Shown piece after piece: positions 1 to 12,742 of a DNA stretch of 64,000 bases. Origin of the DNA: Lobosporangium transversale. Lineage: Eukaryota. Under the pieces are notes generated by a model that was not told the DNA's origin, made no database searches, and was given only the letters and a program-made list of their open reading frames with translations. The stretch is from positions 186,001-250,000 of the forward strand of contig NW_019029015.1 in NCBI RefSeq assembly GCF_002105155.1. The letters are read 5' to 3'. The translations under genes were made by a program, and so were the position numbers. Position 1 is the first letter of the stretch. Every line of letters starts with the position of its first letter.

Positions 1-137
1 TACAAGGCTTTTTATTTTTTAATTCTTTCATTATCGATTCCGATCCACGGACTTGTATGGGAGAAAAGGAACAATGTCAAAGGAAAACCAATTGACCGGA
101 CTGACTGATGTCTGATGTCTGGTATTCGATTTTATAG

Positions 138-2214
138 TCCTTACCGTTCACAGGTCAGGTTTTATGGTAAGCTTTGCTTTTTTCTTATGCTGTTTGTAAT
201 ATGAAAAAAGTGTGAGTGCATGATGACGAAGATACAGCGAATATTATTGATTTACACTATAATCATCAATCGATACTTTTTTCCACTAGCCGATTATGTT
301 GTCAAGGTCCCCCATATGGCCGATTCCATCTCTGAGGGTTCTTTGAAGCAATGGAACAAGAGTACGTGAGCTTTATTTTTAATTTTCATTTTTCGGCTTT
401 CCCTGAAATGGACACGTAATTGCAGTTGCCGCGATCAAGTCCGAAATGAACTTTGTAAAAGTAACAAGACAACTGATCTCGACTTTATTTTTTTAAATCA
501 ATTCGCACAATCATTAGAGGTCGGCGACTTTGTTGCTTTGGATGAGGAAGTTGCAAGCATTGAAACTGACAAGGTAAAAAAAAAATAAATAAACAAAAAG
601 ATTCAAATGGAGCAACAGATCTCAACATTGGGAAGGGGGAATAATGCACAAAACGGCAATTCATGATGGGTTAGAGCCCATCTTACTCCGCAAGAATGGA
701 GCGCGATACAAAAAAAAAAGCAAATTCATGTTACAGGATAAAGACGTTAATTGCAACAAGAAGCCTTGTCTCCTTGGGAAAAGGCTATGCAAGGCAGAAG
801 ACAGGATTCAATTCTGGAAGAATGTTCATGTACACAGTGTCATAAAAAAAGGAAAAAAAAGACTTGGCTGTGTTTCAGATCACAATTGTAATGTTGAGCC
901 ATGTCAAAAGATTTTTTTTTGGCATATTCAATCTTGTCAAGCCTCGTCTGTGTTTTCTCCTGAGCCTACTGTCTTTTTTTTTTTTTTTTTTTTTTTGAAC
1001 AAACGCGTATTGGACACATTTTTAACTTTTTATTTTATTTTATTTTACAATATTGCTTTTGTCTATTGCTCTAGGTTGATGTTGCTGTCAACTCTCCCAA
1101 ATCTGGCACTATTGTCGAGTTGTATGCCAAGGAGGAGGACACCGTGGCTGTCGGCGCTGATCTTTTCAAGCTTGAGCTTGGAGATTCCCCATCTGGAGGT
1201 ACTTACCTGGTCTTTTTTGTTTTAAAAACTTTAATCTTTTAACATATTATAATGACTCTTTACAACACAAAAGTTCATTAACATCGTGATCGTGTTTTGA
1301 TCTTTATAGGTGCTGGTCCCGCCAAGGAGGAAAAGAAGGCAGAAAAGAAGGCAGAGCCAAAGGATGAGCCAAAGAAGGAAGAGCCAAAGAAGGAAGAACC
1401 CAAGAAGGAGGAAAAGAAGCCTGAGCCAAAGAAGGAGGCCCCAGCTGCTCCAAAGCCCGCCCCTGCCGCCTCAAAATCCAGCCCTGAGCCTTCGTCTGCA
1501 CCCGTCGCTTTCAGCCGCGAGGAACGCACTGTAAAGATGAACCGCATGCGTCAGACCATCGCCAAGCGCCTGAAGCAATCTCAAGAGAACGCTGCCTCTC
1601 TCACTACTTTCAACGAGGTCGATATGTCCAACTTGATGAAGCTCCGTGCCAACTATAAGGATGCTGTTTTGAAGAAGCACAACGTCAAGCTCGGATTCAT
1701 GTCAGCCTTCGTCAAGGCCTCATGCTATGCCTTGAAGGAATTGCCCGCCGTGAACGCCAGGATTGAGGGCGACAACATTGTCTATAATGACTATGTTGAT
1801 GTCTCCGTAGCCGTTGCTACCCCCAAGGGTCTTGTAACTCCCGTTATTCGCAACGCAGAGAGCCTTTCATTCGTCGAGGTGGAGAAGAGTATTGCTCAGT
1901 ATGGTGCCAAGGCACGTGATGGACAGCTTGCCATTGAAGATCTCAGCGGCGGCACCTTCACCATTTCGAACGGAGGTGTCTTTGGCTCCATGATGGGTAC
2001 ACCCATCATCAATATGCCTCAGAGCGCCATTTTGGGCATGCACGCCATCAAAGAAAGGCCCGTTGCTGTTGATGGCAAGGTCGAGATCCGCCCTATGATG
2101 TACATTGCCCTCACTTATGACCACCGTATTATTGATGGACGTGAGGCCACTACTTTCTTGGTCAAGGTCAAGGAGATCATTGAGGACCCTGTTCGCTTGT
2201 TGTTGGATGTTTAA
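138..2214 (+). CDS. KGD2: Dihydrolipoamide succinyltransferase (2-oxoglutarate dehydrogenase E2), spliced; 5' end lies upstream of the window
   Basis: Exons at approx. 138-166, 290-361 ([14 protein letters not shown]), 518-573 (lipoyl motif IETDK), 1075-1198 and 1309-2214, bounded by GT..AG. Lys/Glu/Pro/Ala linker, then the catalytic domain with TFTISNGG and YDHRIIDG. Confidence 0.96.
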
Positions 2215-2739
2215 AAAGAACAAGAATTTTATTATTATTACCTTTTTTTTTTTCCAACTCATAGAAACAACAAATTTTACCAGACAAAAAAGAAAGAAAG
2301 AAAGAAAGAAAAAAAAAAATCATAATGTTCATTCAACACATATTTCAACTTTATCTCTCTTTTTTTCGTATTTGAATCAGTTTATTATTATTATTATTAT
2401 TGCAGAAACAAGGAACAGCGAAGAACAACATTTTCCCTCCTTGTCCGTGGATTTATGAAGTGTTGGTATTATACTCCAGGCATTTGGTGATGCTTGTATG
2501 CAGGAGGCTGAGTAATATTAAAACGTCAGTATATGGCATGATACTTTGATGGAGTCAAGGTGGAAAGAGATGGTTTTATTATGGATAGCATTACAGCCTC
2601 CCGAGGATGATAGTTAGAGAACTAAGATGCTGCTAAGCGTAAAAAAAAAAGACCCAAACGTTAAACAATGAAGAGATCTTGCAGGAGGGTAAAAGGCAAG
2701 TACTCATCGCTGCAGGCGCTTCAGTGTCAAATACGTTTA

Positions 2740-2775
<36 letters not shown>

Positions 2776-2951
2776 CTTCGTCATTGTAACAGTACAATAT
2801 TAGTAACCTACTGTAATAATAATAATAATAATAATAATATAGTAATAAAAAGCATCTCGAAACGCAATGTTGCTCTGTTCTGAGTTTTATTATCCTTGGA
2901 ATTCCAACTAAGAATGATGTGCTTGATATAGTTTTTTTTTTTTTTTTTTTT

Positions 2952-3163
2952 TTACTTGTAAAATTCAAAATCAGTGTCCGTCTTCTTGACATTACTCTTA
3001 TAACCCTTCTCTAGATCCTTGGCCAAAATAACATAACGGTTCTTACGCACAGCAAGCATACCAGCCTCCTGGCAAATTGCTGCAATTTCTGCTCCTGACA
3101 ATTTGTCTGGTCGCGACACGACTACAGAAGTAAAAATAATAATAATAATAATGTACATATTAA

Positions 3164-3194
<31 letters not shown>

Positions 3195-3234
3195 AGAAAA
3201 TAATGCTTCATACTTTCATAAACACGATGTGGCC

Positions 3235-3265
<31 letters not shown>

Positions 3266-4488
3266 AACACTATAACTTACAGTCTTCCAGATCTACTTCG
3301 TCTGACAGGTTCATCTTGGCAGTGACGGTGGCAAAAATTAATCGCTTCTGACGGCGATCTGGTGTGGGGAACTCAATCTTACGATCCAATCGACCAGGAC
3401 GCAGGATAGCGGGATCAAGTGTATCGGCACGGTTGGTAGCCATAATGACCTTGACATTCGATCCTTGATCGAAACCATCCATTTGGTTCAACAACTCTAA
3501 CAGTACACGCTGGACTTCACGATCGGCTCCTGTCTGTGCATCGAAACGCTTAGTTGCAATAGCATCCACCTCATCAATGAAAATGATTGCAGGAGAGTTC
3601 TCTCGAGCCATCCTGAATGCATCTCTGACCATCCTCGGACCTTCGCCCAGGTACTTTTGCACAAATTCTGATCCAACCATACGGAAGAATGATGCTGAGG
3701 TATGGTGAGCAACTGCCTTGACCAACATAGTTTTACCTGTTCCGGGAGGGCCATAGAGTAAGACGCCTCGTGGAGGATCGATACCGATCTGACGATAGAG
3801 ATCGAAATGTGTGAGAGGTAATTCCACAGCTTCTCTAATCTCCTGCTTCTGCATATCCAGTCCTCCCACATCTGCGTAGGTCACATCGGGTTTCTCATCC
3901 TGTCCCAACATCTCGACACTCGAGTCTGCATTGGGTGGCAAGACATCGACCAGGGCATTGGAGTGGCGATGAAGAGCGACTGAGCAAGATGGTTTGAGCA
4001 ATTCACGATCGATCGTGCTCAGGATACGGACAACGTGTTGAGCGCCTGTGGTGGAGGAGACAATACCCGTGTGCTGATCAATCGGTTCCAAGAACTGCCC
4101 GATGACTAAGGGGACAGACTGGATCCTCTTCACTTCCTCCTGTGCACGGATCAACTCTCGCTTTAAATTCTTTTGCTCATCCTTGATGTATTCCTCCTGT
4201 AACTGTAAAAACTCAAGGTGACGCTGAAGGTTCTTGTAGCGGGTGTAGAGATCGTTTGAAGCCAAGTGAGCAAGGGGTCCTTGCTCAGGCTGGTCAATGC
4301 TGCTACTAGCCTCCTAATGAGAAAAAAAAAAAAAAGATAGAGCAAAAAGTAAAACATGTCAGTTCCTCGTCTACAATGAAACCTGGAAGAAGGCGAATTC
4401 GTCAAGGTAAAAAATGTGTAACACATCGCACCTTTTGCTTCAAGGTTGCCTCTGCAGTGACGGCGGGTTTAATTCCAAGTTCCTCCAT
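2952..4488 (-). CDS. RPT3: 26S proteasome regulatory AAA-ATPase subunit 6B (3 exons: ~4488-4432, ~4313-3280, ~3122-2952)
   Basis: Starts MEELGI. Walker A GPPGTGKT, Walker [24 protein letters not shown]-terminal HbYX tail EFYK. Confidence 0.97.
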
Positions 4489-4839
4489 GTGGAAAGTGTA
4501 TATGTGAGGGATTGGGAGGGAAAAATAGGTGTTTTCGGGAAGAGTAATGAGTGGGAGATAAAAATTGAAAATGCTTTTCGAATTTACAAAAGAGAAAAAG
4601 ACATTTCACTTTGCATTCTAATGAACTTGACACGCGTCGCCTAACCTTTTTTTAGTGACATGAGTAGCTGAATATACGCCACCTTACTAGTCACAAGGTG
4701 ACGTAATAGAGCTAGGATTGTGCCATGCTCTGATCCCTAACACACAGAGAAAAAAATAAAAAATTTGAAGGGAAGGGTATATGATCAGGGACATTGTTCG
4801 TCTGTATCATCCCCTCTTTCCATTCTCATTCACACAGCC

Positions 4840-7003
4840 ATGTCTGCCTTTAAGCTGCCCCCTGTGTCCGACTCACAGAACGGATGGGGCCCTGTTGGTC
4901 TTAGTTCCCAGTTCCGTGACATTCCATATGCTCCATACTCCAAGGCTGACAAACTTGGCCGCATTGCCGACTGGTCTGCCGCCGAGGGCACCCAGGGCAA
5001 GGACGGCCGTGGGGCTGGTGGCGATCAACGTGGAGGTCGCTCAGGTTTCCGCAACTTTAGAGGTATCAGTACAACTTGTCACTCTACACATACATTTATT
5101 TTTTTTTTATTTTTTTTTTTTCTTTCCATCACCTTTAGATCAATCAAATCAAACCAGCATTTCCAACTCGAATTTGATCCAAAATCTGATTTATTAATTT
5201 AAAAATATTTATTACAATTATTATCAACAGATAACTATGTCCCATTCGGAAGCAATGCCGCCAATGCCTTCAACTACCAGCACACCGAGGATGAGGCATC
5301 TTTCTCGGTTGTAGACAATCGCTCAACTGCCCAAAAGAAAACAACTGGCTTCAAATCCTCCTCTGGCCAACGTGGAGGCCGTGGTGGATTCCGCCAGCAA
5401 GGCCAGCAGCGCACCCAGTTCCAACGTTTGGGTGCGAACCGTGGAGGCTTCGGAGGCGCCCGTCAGCAGCAGGGTGGGCAGCGTGGTGGTCGTCGCGGCT
5501 ACAGCAACTGGAGGGACTTTGACCGTAACCAACGTGTCCGAGATGCCTCTGTCAAGGTTGGCTCTGACTGGTCTATGCTCGAGGAGATTGAGTTCTCTCG
5601 TCTCAATAAACTTCAGTTTGAGGTCGAAGAGCCTGAAGATATGTATGTATCTGCACTTGACTACAGATTTCGTTTCTCTCTCTCTTTCTTTCTTTCTTTC
5701 TCTGGAGCAGCAAAGCATCGAAGAATAGCCTAATGGATAACCTAATGCACAACACCTACTCATTTACTCTGAACCTGCATCAATTGCAACTAGTGCGCTC
5801 TACGGTGCTGTTGGAACCTACGACAAGGCTTATGATCGCGTCAACACCAAGCAGGAAAAGATTCTTCAACAAGTGGATCGTGAGCGCGACAATGTTACCA
5901 CCTCAGAGGATCCTATTCTCAGCAACTTGGCATCTGAGCCTCTTGCCGAAGGAGAGCAGCGTGTTTTCGCTACCGATACCATTATTGGCGTTTTGATGAC
6001 TGCACCTCGTTCAGTTTATCCATGGGATATTGTCATCACAAAAACCGACAATAAGGTTATTTTTGATACTCGTGAAGGCAGTCAACTCGACTATGTCTCT
6101 GTAAATGAGAACTCAACTGACCCACCCATGGACACTGGTGACAAGGATAACATCAACTCACCCAGCGCTCTTTCCTTGGAGGCCACCTATATCAACACCA
6201 ATTTTGCAGCACAGGTTGCTAGCTCAGAGCAGGTTGTCGAATTGGAAAATGCCAATCCATTCTATAACCCTGATGAAGAGAATGTTCCTTTGGTTGGATA
6301 CCGCTACCGCAAGTTTGACCTTTCGACGACCGAGGAGGAGAATATCACGCTTCTTGTTCGTACTGAGGTAGACGCGGTCGTCAAGTCACCCCAGGGTGAA
6401 GACACATATATCACTGTCAAGGCATTGAACGAATTTGACTCACGTGCTCAAGGTGCAGGTGGAGCAATGGAGTGGAGACAAAAATTGGACTCTCAACGTG
6501 GTGCTGTTGTTGCAACAGAGATGAAGAACAACAGCTGCAAGCTTTCTCGTTGGATTGTTCAGACCATGCTTGCCGGTGCTGATCACTTGAAGTTGGGGTG
6601 AGTAAACCTAGGGTTGTTATTTATTTTATAGTTGTTATTATTGTCATCATCAAGTGTTGTTGATACTTAACAACAGACCGATGTAATAGACTGACGAGAT
6701 TTGCTATAATATGTTCTATGTAGATTTGTTTCCCGTACAAACCCCAAGGACGCTTCTCGTCATGCCATTCTTGGAACTCAGATTTGTCGTCCAAAGGAAT
6801 TTGCAACACAAATGAGTCTTCAGATCACGAACGGATGGGGTATTGTCAAGACTGTTGTTGACCTTGCTCTGAAATTGCCAGATGGCAAGTATGTGTTGGT
6901 CAAGGACCCTAACAAGCCCGTCATTCGTCTTTACTCCGTTCCCAAGAGTAGTTTTGAGGAAGCTGAGGAAGAGACTGAAGGAGCTGAGCCTGAAGCTGCT
7001 TAA
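4840..7003 (+). CDS. EIF3D: Eukaryotic translation initiation factor 3 subunit D, multi-exon
   Basis: N-terminal GWGP...[17 protein letters not shown], then [31 protein letters not shown] and [21 protein letters not shown] introns separate the ORF pieces. Confidence 0.95.
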
Positions 7004-7143
7004 ATTTAAGTTGAGATATCGATATTGGTGAAGAGAAGTTTTTTTTTTATTTTTTTTTTTTTTTATTTTTAATTTTCTAGTTCAGAAGTTAGACATGGGG
7101 AGCTATTAAAAAAGAAAAGGAATCATATTTGTTTTTAGCATTT

Positions 7144-7177
<34 letters not shown>

Positions 7178-7840
7178 GCGAACAACTTTGGAAAGACATG
7201 CTTTATGTTACAATTGAAAGAAAATTTTGTCAAAATGAGTTTTCCTGATTTTTATTTTGAACCTGACAAACAGCTCATATGCGACATACATAAAGATCTC
7301 ATCAATCAAGATGGAAGTTTACACTTTTGTTAATGAGATCAATGTGGATAACCACTGAGGATTTTGGGCAACACTTCCTGAGGAAAAACGGCAAGCAAAA
7401 GAATTGAAGACAGTGCTTCTCTTCATAACCATTTCAAAATTTTATGTCCCTGACCTAATCTCCTTTCAAGCGAGTGCACCCCCAGAAGAAGTTTGGACAT
7501 GCCAAGATATGACTATGTTTGCTTCTCCACTAGATATCTCAGTCAAATGCTTGCCTTCATTCAAACTTTTCCGTCTTTGCAAAGAACTCAGTTAATACAA
7601 AAAGCTTTATTGGGTGTTCCTTTATTATGTACATCAAGGCGAGCTGTAACATATATATCAGGACCCTTGGACACGACAAAGTTTATACTCGTACGCACTA
7701 TTGATTATCAGGAGACCCCACAAAGGTCGAGTTAGCAAATGCATAGTTATACGCACAAGAAAAGCGAATATCCTTAAACATCATTGGAGAAACGAGCTTA
7801 CAGAAATACTTTGTGTCAGAGCGTCATGTCTCCTGAACAA

Positions 7841-8080
7841 TTAGTAACAGACGCCTCCAACATAGCATCGGCTATACCACTCTGAATTGTCGCTGCCAAC
7901 ATCGCAATACCATATGCCTAAGAAATTCTGCACCATCGTGCCAATGTTTCTGCCGGGATTTCGTGTCGATGGGGTGCCGCAGAGAGATGAAGTGGGTAGG
8001 TCAATGCACTGACACCAGTTTGCTTCCACCACCATGCTTGACATGACAGCGGCAAGCAGGACAACAGCAGTGAATTTCAT
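7841..8080 (-). CDS. Small secreted cysteine-rich peptide (79 aa; signal peptide plus 6-Cys mature region)
   Basis: MKFTAVVLLAAVMSSMVVEA looks like a signal peptide ending V-E-A. It is followed by NWCQC..C..WYC..C..C. Single exon. Confidence 0.75.
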   Translation of the reverse strand: MKFTAVVLLAAVMSSMVVEANWCQCIDLPTSSLCGTPSTRNPGRNIGTMVQNFLGIWYCDVGSDNSEWYSRCYVGGVCY

Positions 8081-8844
8081 TGTAGCAGTGTCAAAAACAC
8101 AACTGAGGCAATAAGGAAAACAAGGGATGTGGAGATGAGAAGTGGGTGTATGAGTATAAGGGTGTTCTTCTGGGAATGATCGTGCCAGGAAATTTACTGA
8201 GAGGAGGAGCATCTTTATCGCCAATTTCATTTGGTCATGATACCTTATATTTTTAATCTAAAAACGATGATTGAATTGTTCTGGTGGCATTTCACTACGT
8301 GACGGACTTGCAACAATACTCGCAACAAGCGAGCCAATTGGCTGCCAATACACTCGAAAGTATTCAAAAAATATAAGGTATCATGACCAAATGAAACGGG
8401 CTATATATAAAGAAATAAATAATAGTCGCCTTGTGTGGTCTACCGTCTACAATCTAGTGTGAGTGAGGTAAAGGAAAAGGAAGATCCTTTTGGTGAACTT
8501 CAGTCTCTTGATAAGGGATAAGACCAAGATCAGTCGCGTAGTCGCATGCAATTGCTCGTTTAGTACTAAAAAGGAAGGGGTGCATGTGTTAAAAGGATGG
8601 GTATAGAACTGGAGGAGCACAGCAAAAAAAAAAAAAAAAAAAAAAAAGTGGAGGGATGGGAGAAATAGTCCCAGGGATATCGGAAAGGAATGTGAAAAGT
8701 TCGTGCTCGTTCGGAAAGAAAGTCGAAAAGGAGAGGAACAGACGCAACCTCATCCAATCAATTAATAAATTAATTATTGTGAGGTTAGCAAAACATTAAC
8801 GATACAATGTTGGTCTGTGCTTTCATAGTTCTGAAATTAGTTCG

Positions 8845-8876
<32 letters not shown>

Positions 8877-9430
8877 ACATCGCCTGGCCGGCCGCTACAA
8901 GTCAGTTATAACATGCACTTCCTTCAGTAAGCCTGGTTCTCAAATCCCCGATTGAGCCAAGGAGGAAAGATATGCGAGTCCTATATTCGAGGTCGCAAGA
9001 ATTCGAAAGGAGTTGGTAACCATACCAAAGAGGATCACCCGATGAAGTTTCAATACACATGGTTAATGAAATGGAAGGGCCTTGCTTCTATTTAAAGAAG
9101 GGTCCGAATCAACATCCTAGCACACTCATTCATTGCCTGTGGACGCTTCAGAACATTCAGTCATCAATGATACAAGAGAGCTCGAAATCTCGAAGCAGGC
9201 TAAGATTGAAAGCGAAGGGCTAATATCTTTGGCTCCTCTAATTGCAGCATGCTGCCAAGTGGATGGCTCCTGATCCATATTATTTAACTTGGGCAAATAA
9301 AGAAGCCAAAGACATAGGCTTTATGATGGATTAAACAAAATAAAATAAAATAAAATAAAAAGAAAGTTTGCGGATTCCCCCTGCGAGTATTAAAGTTCTA
9401 GTATCCGACTAAACAATGGTCTATCCTCGC

Positions 9431-9461
<31 letters not shown>

Positions 9462-11346
9462 ACGCCATGAAGCACAGTGAAATGGCATTTTTTAAAGGTT
9501 CACTACAAGGAAAAGCCTTTCGTGTTATCTATCATCTTCAACGGATCCAGTGACACTTATTCGTGAGGATTCGGCCAATTCGGGATGAATATTGCTCAAG
9601 TCTTTCTGACACCTTCGTCAGAAAGAAATATCCATGCTCTTCACACAAGTAGCTCAATGAAAACCACGGTCGTTAGGGTTCTTGGGTAGCACTTACTATT
9701 ATTACTACTATTGTTCCCGATGGCTCTATTGAAGGCGATGAGGTTGCTGTTGTAGATACGGTTGTTATTGTTACTACTGTAGCTGCTATAGTTGCAGTAG
9801 CTGTGATAAATACCGTCGCTATTGTCGTTGTAGTTGGTGGAGCAACTCTGTCTTCTACTGCATCTGCAGCTGAAGACGCCTTCGAGCTTCAGGCGCACGT
9901 TCATCTTGCGGATTGTGACATATCAGTCATATGTAAGTAGTAAAGTAGTAATTTCACTTATCAGAGATTGTCCTTTACCCTACTTAAATCAATAGGAGCT
10001 GATCAATAAAGGGATGAACGTTTCTCATCCACTTTCCTATCCATATGATTCATATTGATCAATGAATTAACCTCTCATCCTAAGCAAAAAAAAAAAAAAA
10101 TTCACACGCATATACAAATCAACAATCGCAAAGCTTTATTTCTTTCCTTTGCGGTTGTTATTTCTACTGGGAGTAAGACGCAGATTATACGTATCTAAAA
10201 AAATGGCCACTAAGACATCGGAGAGACATAAAATGCACCGTTCTCGCTGATATCAATATTGAATATGTTATTAAGCTTTCCTGAGCAGCTTTTTGATTGA
10301 AACACTTACACAGAATAGCTATTCTTCTTTCGCGCACATAAAATAATAATAATAAAAAAACCAATATAAAAAGGACCCTTATTTTTTCTTTTCTCCCTTC
10401 ACACAATTTGTTATCCAATACCTTCATTATCGCCTCATTACCCATTCTTAATCCCCGATTATAAAAACTATTTAACTATTTACTATAACTTATAAAAATA
10501 TAGCCACTACACGACTAGGGCGAAGGCTCCTAAATATCTCTTATCAAGGTAATGGTGCATCTATCGTTATTTTATTGAGGAAAGTGCTTCATTCCTCTTT
10601 TTTTTGGGCGAAAGCATTGGTGACCAGTATCAGTAGCAACATCAAGTTCCTATCCATACTGTATTTGCTTCGATGCAATGCTCAATACGTTACACGCCGG
10701 AAAGGAAAGATATAGTTGTTGACATATATTCGCAACACGAAAACTCAGACTTCCTTGTTTGAGTTTCTTCCTCTCCCTGCCTGGAATGCAGTTATTGTGT
10801 AGTTGTTAACCATTACATTTTCTTTTTGGTATATAGTTAAAATGGGGATAAGAACCAACGCATCAATCGAATTAAAAGCACAGAACCAGGGATTGGCTAC
10901 TTCTTGAGCTTGCCAACTCCAACGAAACTCAGCGCAAAATATTTCGCTCTCGATTATCACAGCTTATTCCCGATGCCAGGGACAAATGCATCGTTGGCGA
11001 TTGGCACTATTGGAAGACTTTCTATTCCAATGACCACGAATGGACTCTGGCATTCACAAACAATAAATTATCGATCCAATGTACTAGACGTTGAAGGAAG
11101 GGTATGTCCAATCGATGTTTAAAAAATCTCAACAGATTTGACGGAGGCTCAACTGGATACCCTTCGGGTCCATTATTTTAGAGACAGTGGTAGGCCTGCT
11201 ACTTCGTAAGAGCAGTGTCCAGTTGTGGTCTCTAAACGTGAATTTTTAATTGAAAATTCCTATTAACGCCGCATTGCTCGTCAATAGAACGAAAGAAGCA
11301 AGAGCTTAATGCGAATAGACGGGTCACCAGGTCGTCCAACAATGGT

Positions 11347-11556
11347 CAGTGCTCCTATTCCATTCGAACATATCGAATTCGAATGGGTTTGAATGCATTC
11401 GAATCGAAAACGAATCATGGTAAGCTCGAATCGATTCGAATGACGCCTTAAGTTACAGATCTCTGGATATTTCGAGTCGTTCGATTACTTCGAGTATCGA
11501 ATTTAGATATCCATTCGAAAACGAATCGAATTCGAATGGTTCGAATAGAAGCACTG
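11347..11556. mobile_element. hAT-type MITE, 210 bp
   Basis: TIRs CAGTGCTCCTATTC / GAATAGAAGCACTG (13/14 match). Flanking 8-mers ACAATGGT and ACAAGGGT (7/8) are a TSD of hAT length. The interior is dense in TTCGAA/TCGA subterminal repeats. Confidence 0.85.
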
Positions 11557-11615
11557 ACAAGGGTCCGGACCTTGAAAAGGATACGCCAACCAACGATTCT
11601 GGCTTTGAACAGGAA

Positions 11616-12107
11616 ATGTCTCATGAATTAACAAGTCCTGACGATATCTCGACATCCAGTTCGGTGCCGCCCGCATCTTCCACTTCGAGTTTATCTTCTG
11701 GATCAACGTCTTCGACTTCGAGCGGTTCCAGTCTTTCGCCTATTGGGATACTACATTTACGAGCTTTCTTCAAAGAAATTTATTATCGTTACCTTGGCCC
11801 AAGACGGCTCACAGATTCTGGAACAGATGTGGGCGAGGCTATGTTTCCATACATTATGGATATGGTTAGAGAGTCCTTGCTACATTCCTTCATCATCGCA
11901 GGCAATCCAGACCCTGCACCATTTCTTTCTGCTGAAGATCAGACTTACAGTCGAGAATACATCCAGACATCAGACAATAATCATATCGAAGCCGCCCTCC
12001 TCGAGGATTGGATGCAAAACGAGTTATCACAGTATCTTCTGTCTCCATCAGACTTAGGCACATTGCTACGGAATGGGGAAAGTAATCTCCAAACCCCGCA
12101 CAAATAA
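11616..12107 (+). other. Hypothetical ORF / gene fragment of unknown function between the two MITE copies
   Basis: 163-aa open frame with a Ser-rich start and protein-like composition. No family recognised; neighbouring frames are broken. Confidence 0.3.
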
Positions 12108-12317
12108 GCGACAGCATTGACCGTGATACTTTCGATAATTTCCGGCTCTCAACTTATCCGGCCATTTTAAAAATATGGAGAGTTTATAACAGAAATCAAT
12201 TCAAACTTCCAGCGAGTCTTGATACGTCAAAGAGCTCTGGGAATTTACTTATGAGATTCTCACCGAAGACGAGTTCAACCATGGCGAAAAATCCTCCACA
12301 GCATCAAGCATCCGTAA

Positions 12318-12478
12318 CAGTGCTCCTATTCGAACCATACGAATTTGATTCGTTTTCGAATGGATATCTAAATTCGATACTCGAAGTAATCGAACGACTC
12401 GAAATATCCAGAGATCTGTAACTTAAGGCGTCATTCGATCATTCGAGCTTACCATGATTCGTTTTCGATTCGAATGCA
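12318..12478 (-). mobile_element. Truncated inverted second copy of the hAT-type MITE
   Basis: Begins CAGTGCTCCTATTCGAACC and is the reverse complement of 11394-11556. It is cut off exactly where the long inverted-repeat arm begins. Confidence 0.85.
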
Positions 12479-12742
12479 CGTATAATCTGCGTCTTACTCC
12501 CAGTAGAAATAACAACCGCAAAGGAAAGAAATAAAGCTTTGCGATTGTTGATTTGTATATGCGTGTGAATTTTTTTTTTTTTTTTTGCTATAGGATGAGA
12601 GGTTAATTCATTGATCAATATGAATCATATGGATAGGAAAGTGGATGAAAAACGTTCATCCCTTTATTGATCAGCTCCTACTGATTTTAAGTAAGATAAA
12701 GGACAACTTCTGATTGATAACTGATAATTGATAAGTGATCTA

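Larger units (their letters stand above)
9954..12738. repeat. Long inverted duplication: arms ~9954-10192 and ~12478-12738
   Basis: 12478-12738 is the near-exact reverse complement of 9954-10192 (e.g. GGGAGTAAGACGCAGATTATACGT vs ACGTATAATCTGCGTCTTACTCCC), with few substitutions and a short TGATAA expansion in the right arm. Confidence 0.92.

Noticed and set aside
574..1074. Long KGD2 intron with small hairpins followed by ANANNA-like boxes (e.g. 763-801); possible H/ACA snoRNA
   Set aside because: The hairpins are too short, no convincing two-hairpin/ACA layout was found, and ANANNA is common in A-rich DNA.
4677..4683. GGTGGCG (minus strand) upstream of RPT3, resembling a PACE/Rpn4 core
   Set aside because: A single 7-mer that does not match the full yeast consensus; cannot be supported without conservation data.
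11347..12478. Repetitive TTCGAA-rich stretches as a possible CRISPR-like or guide array
   Set aside because: No regular repeat-spacer periodicity; fully explained by two MITE copies.
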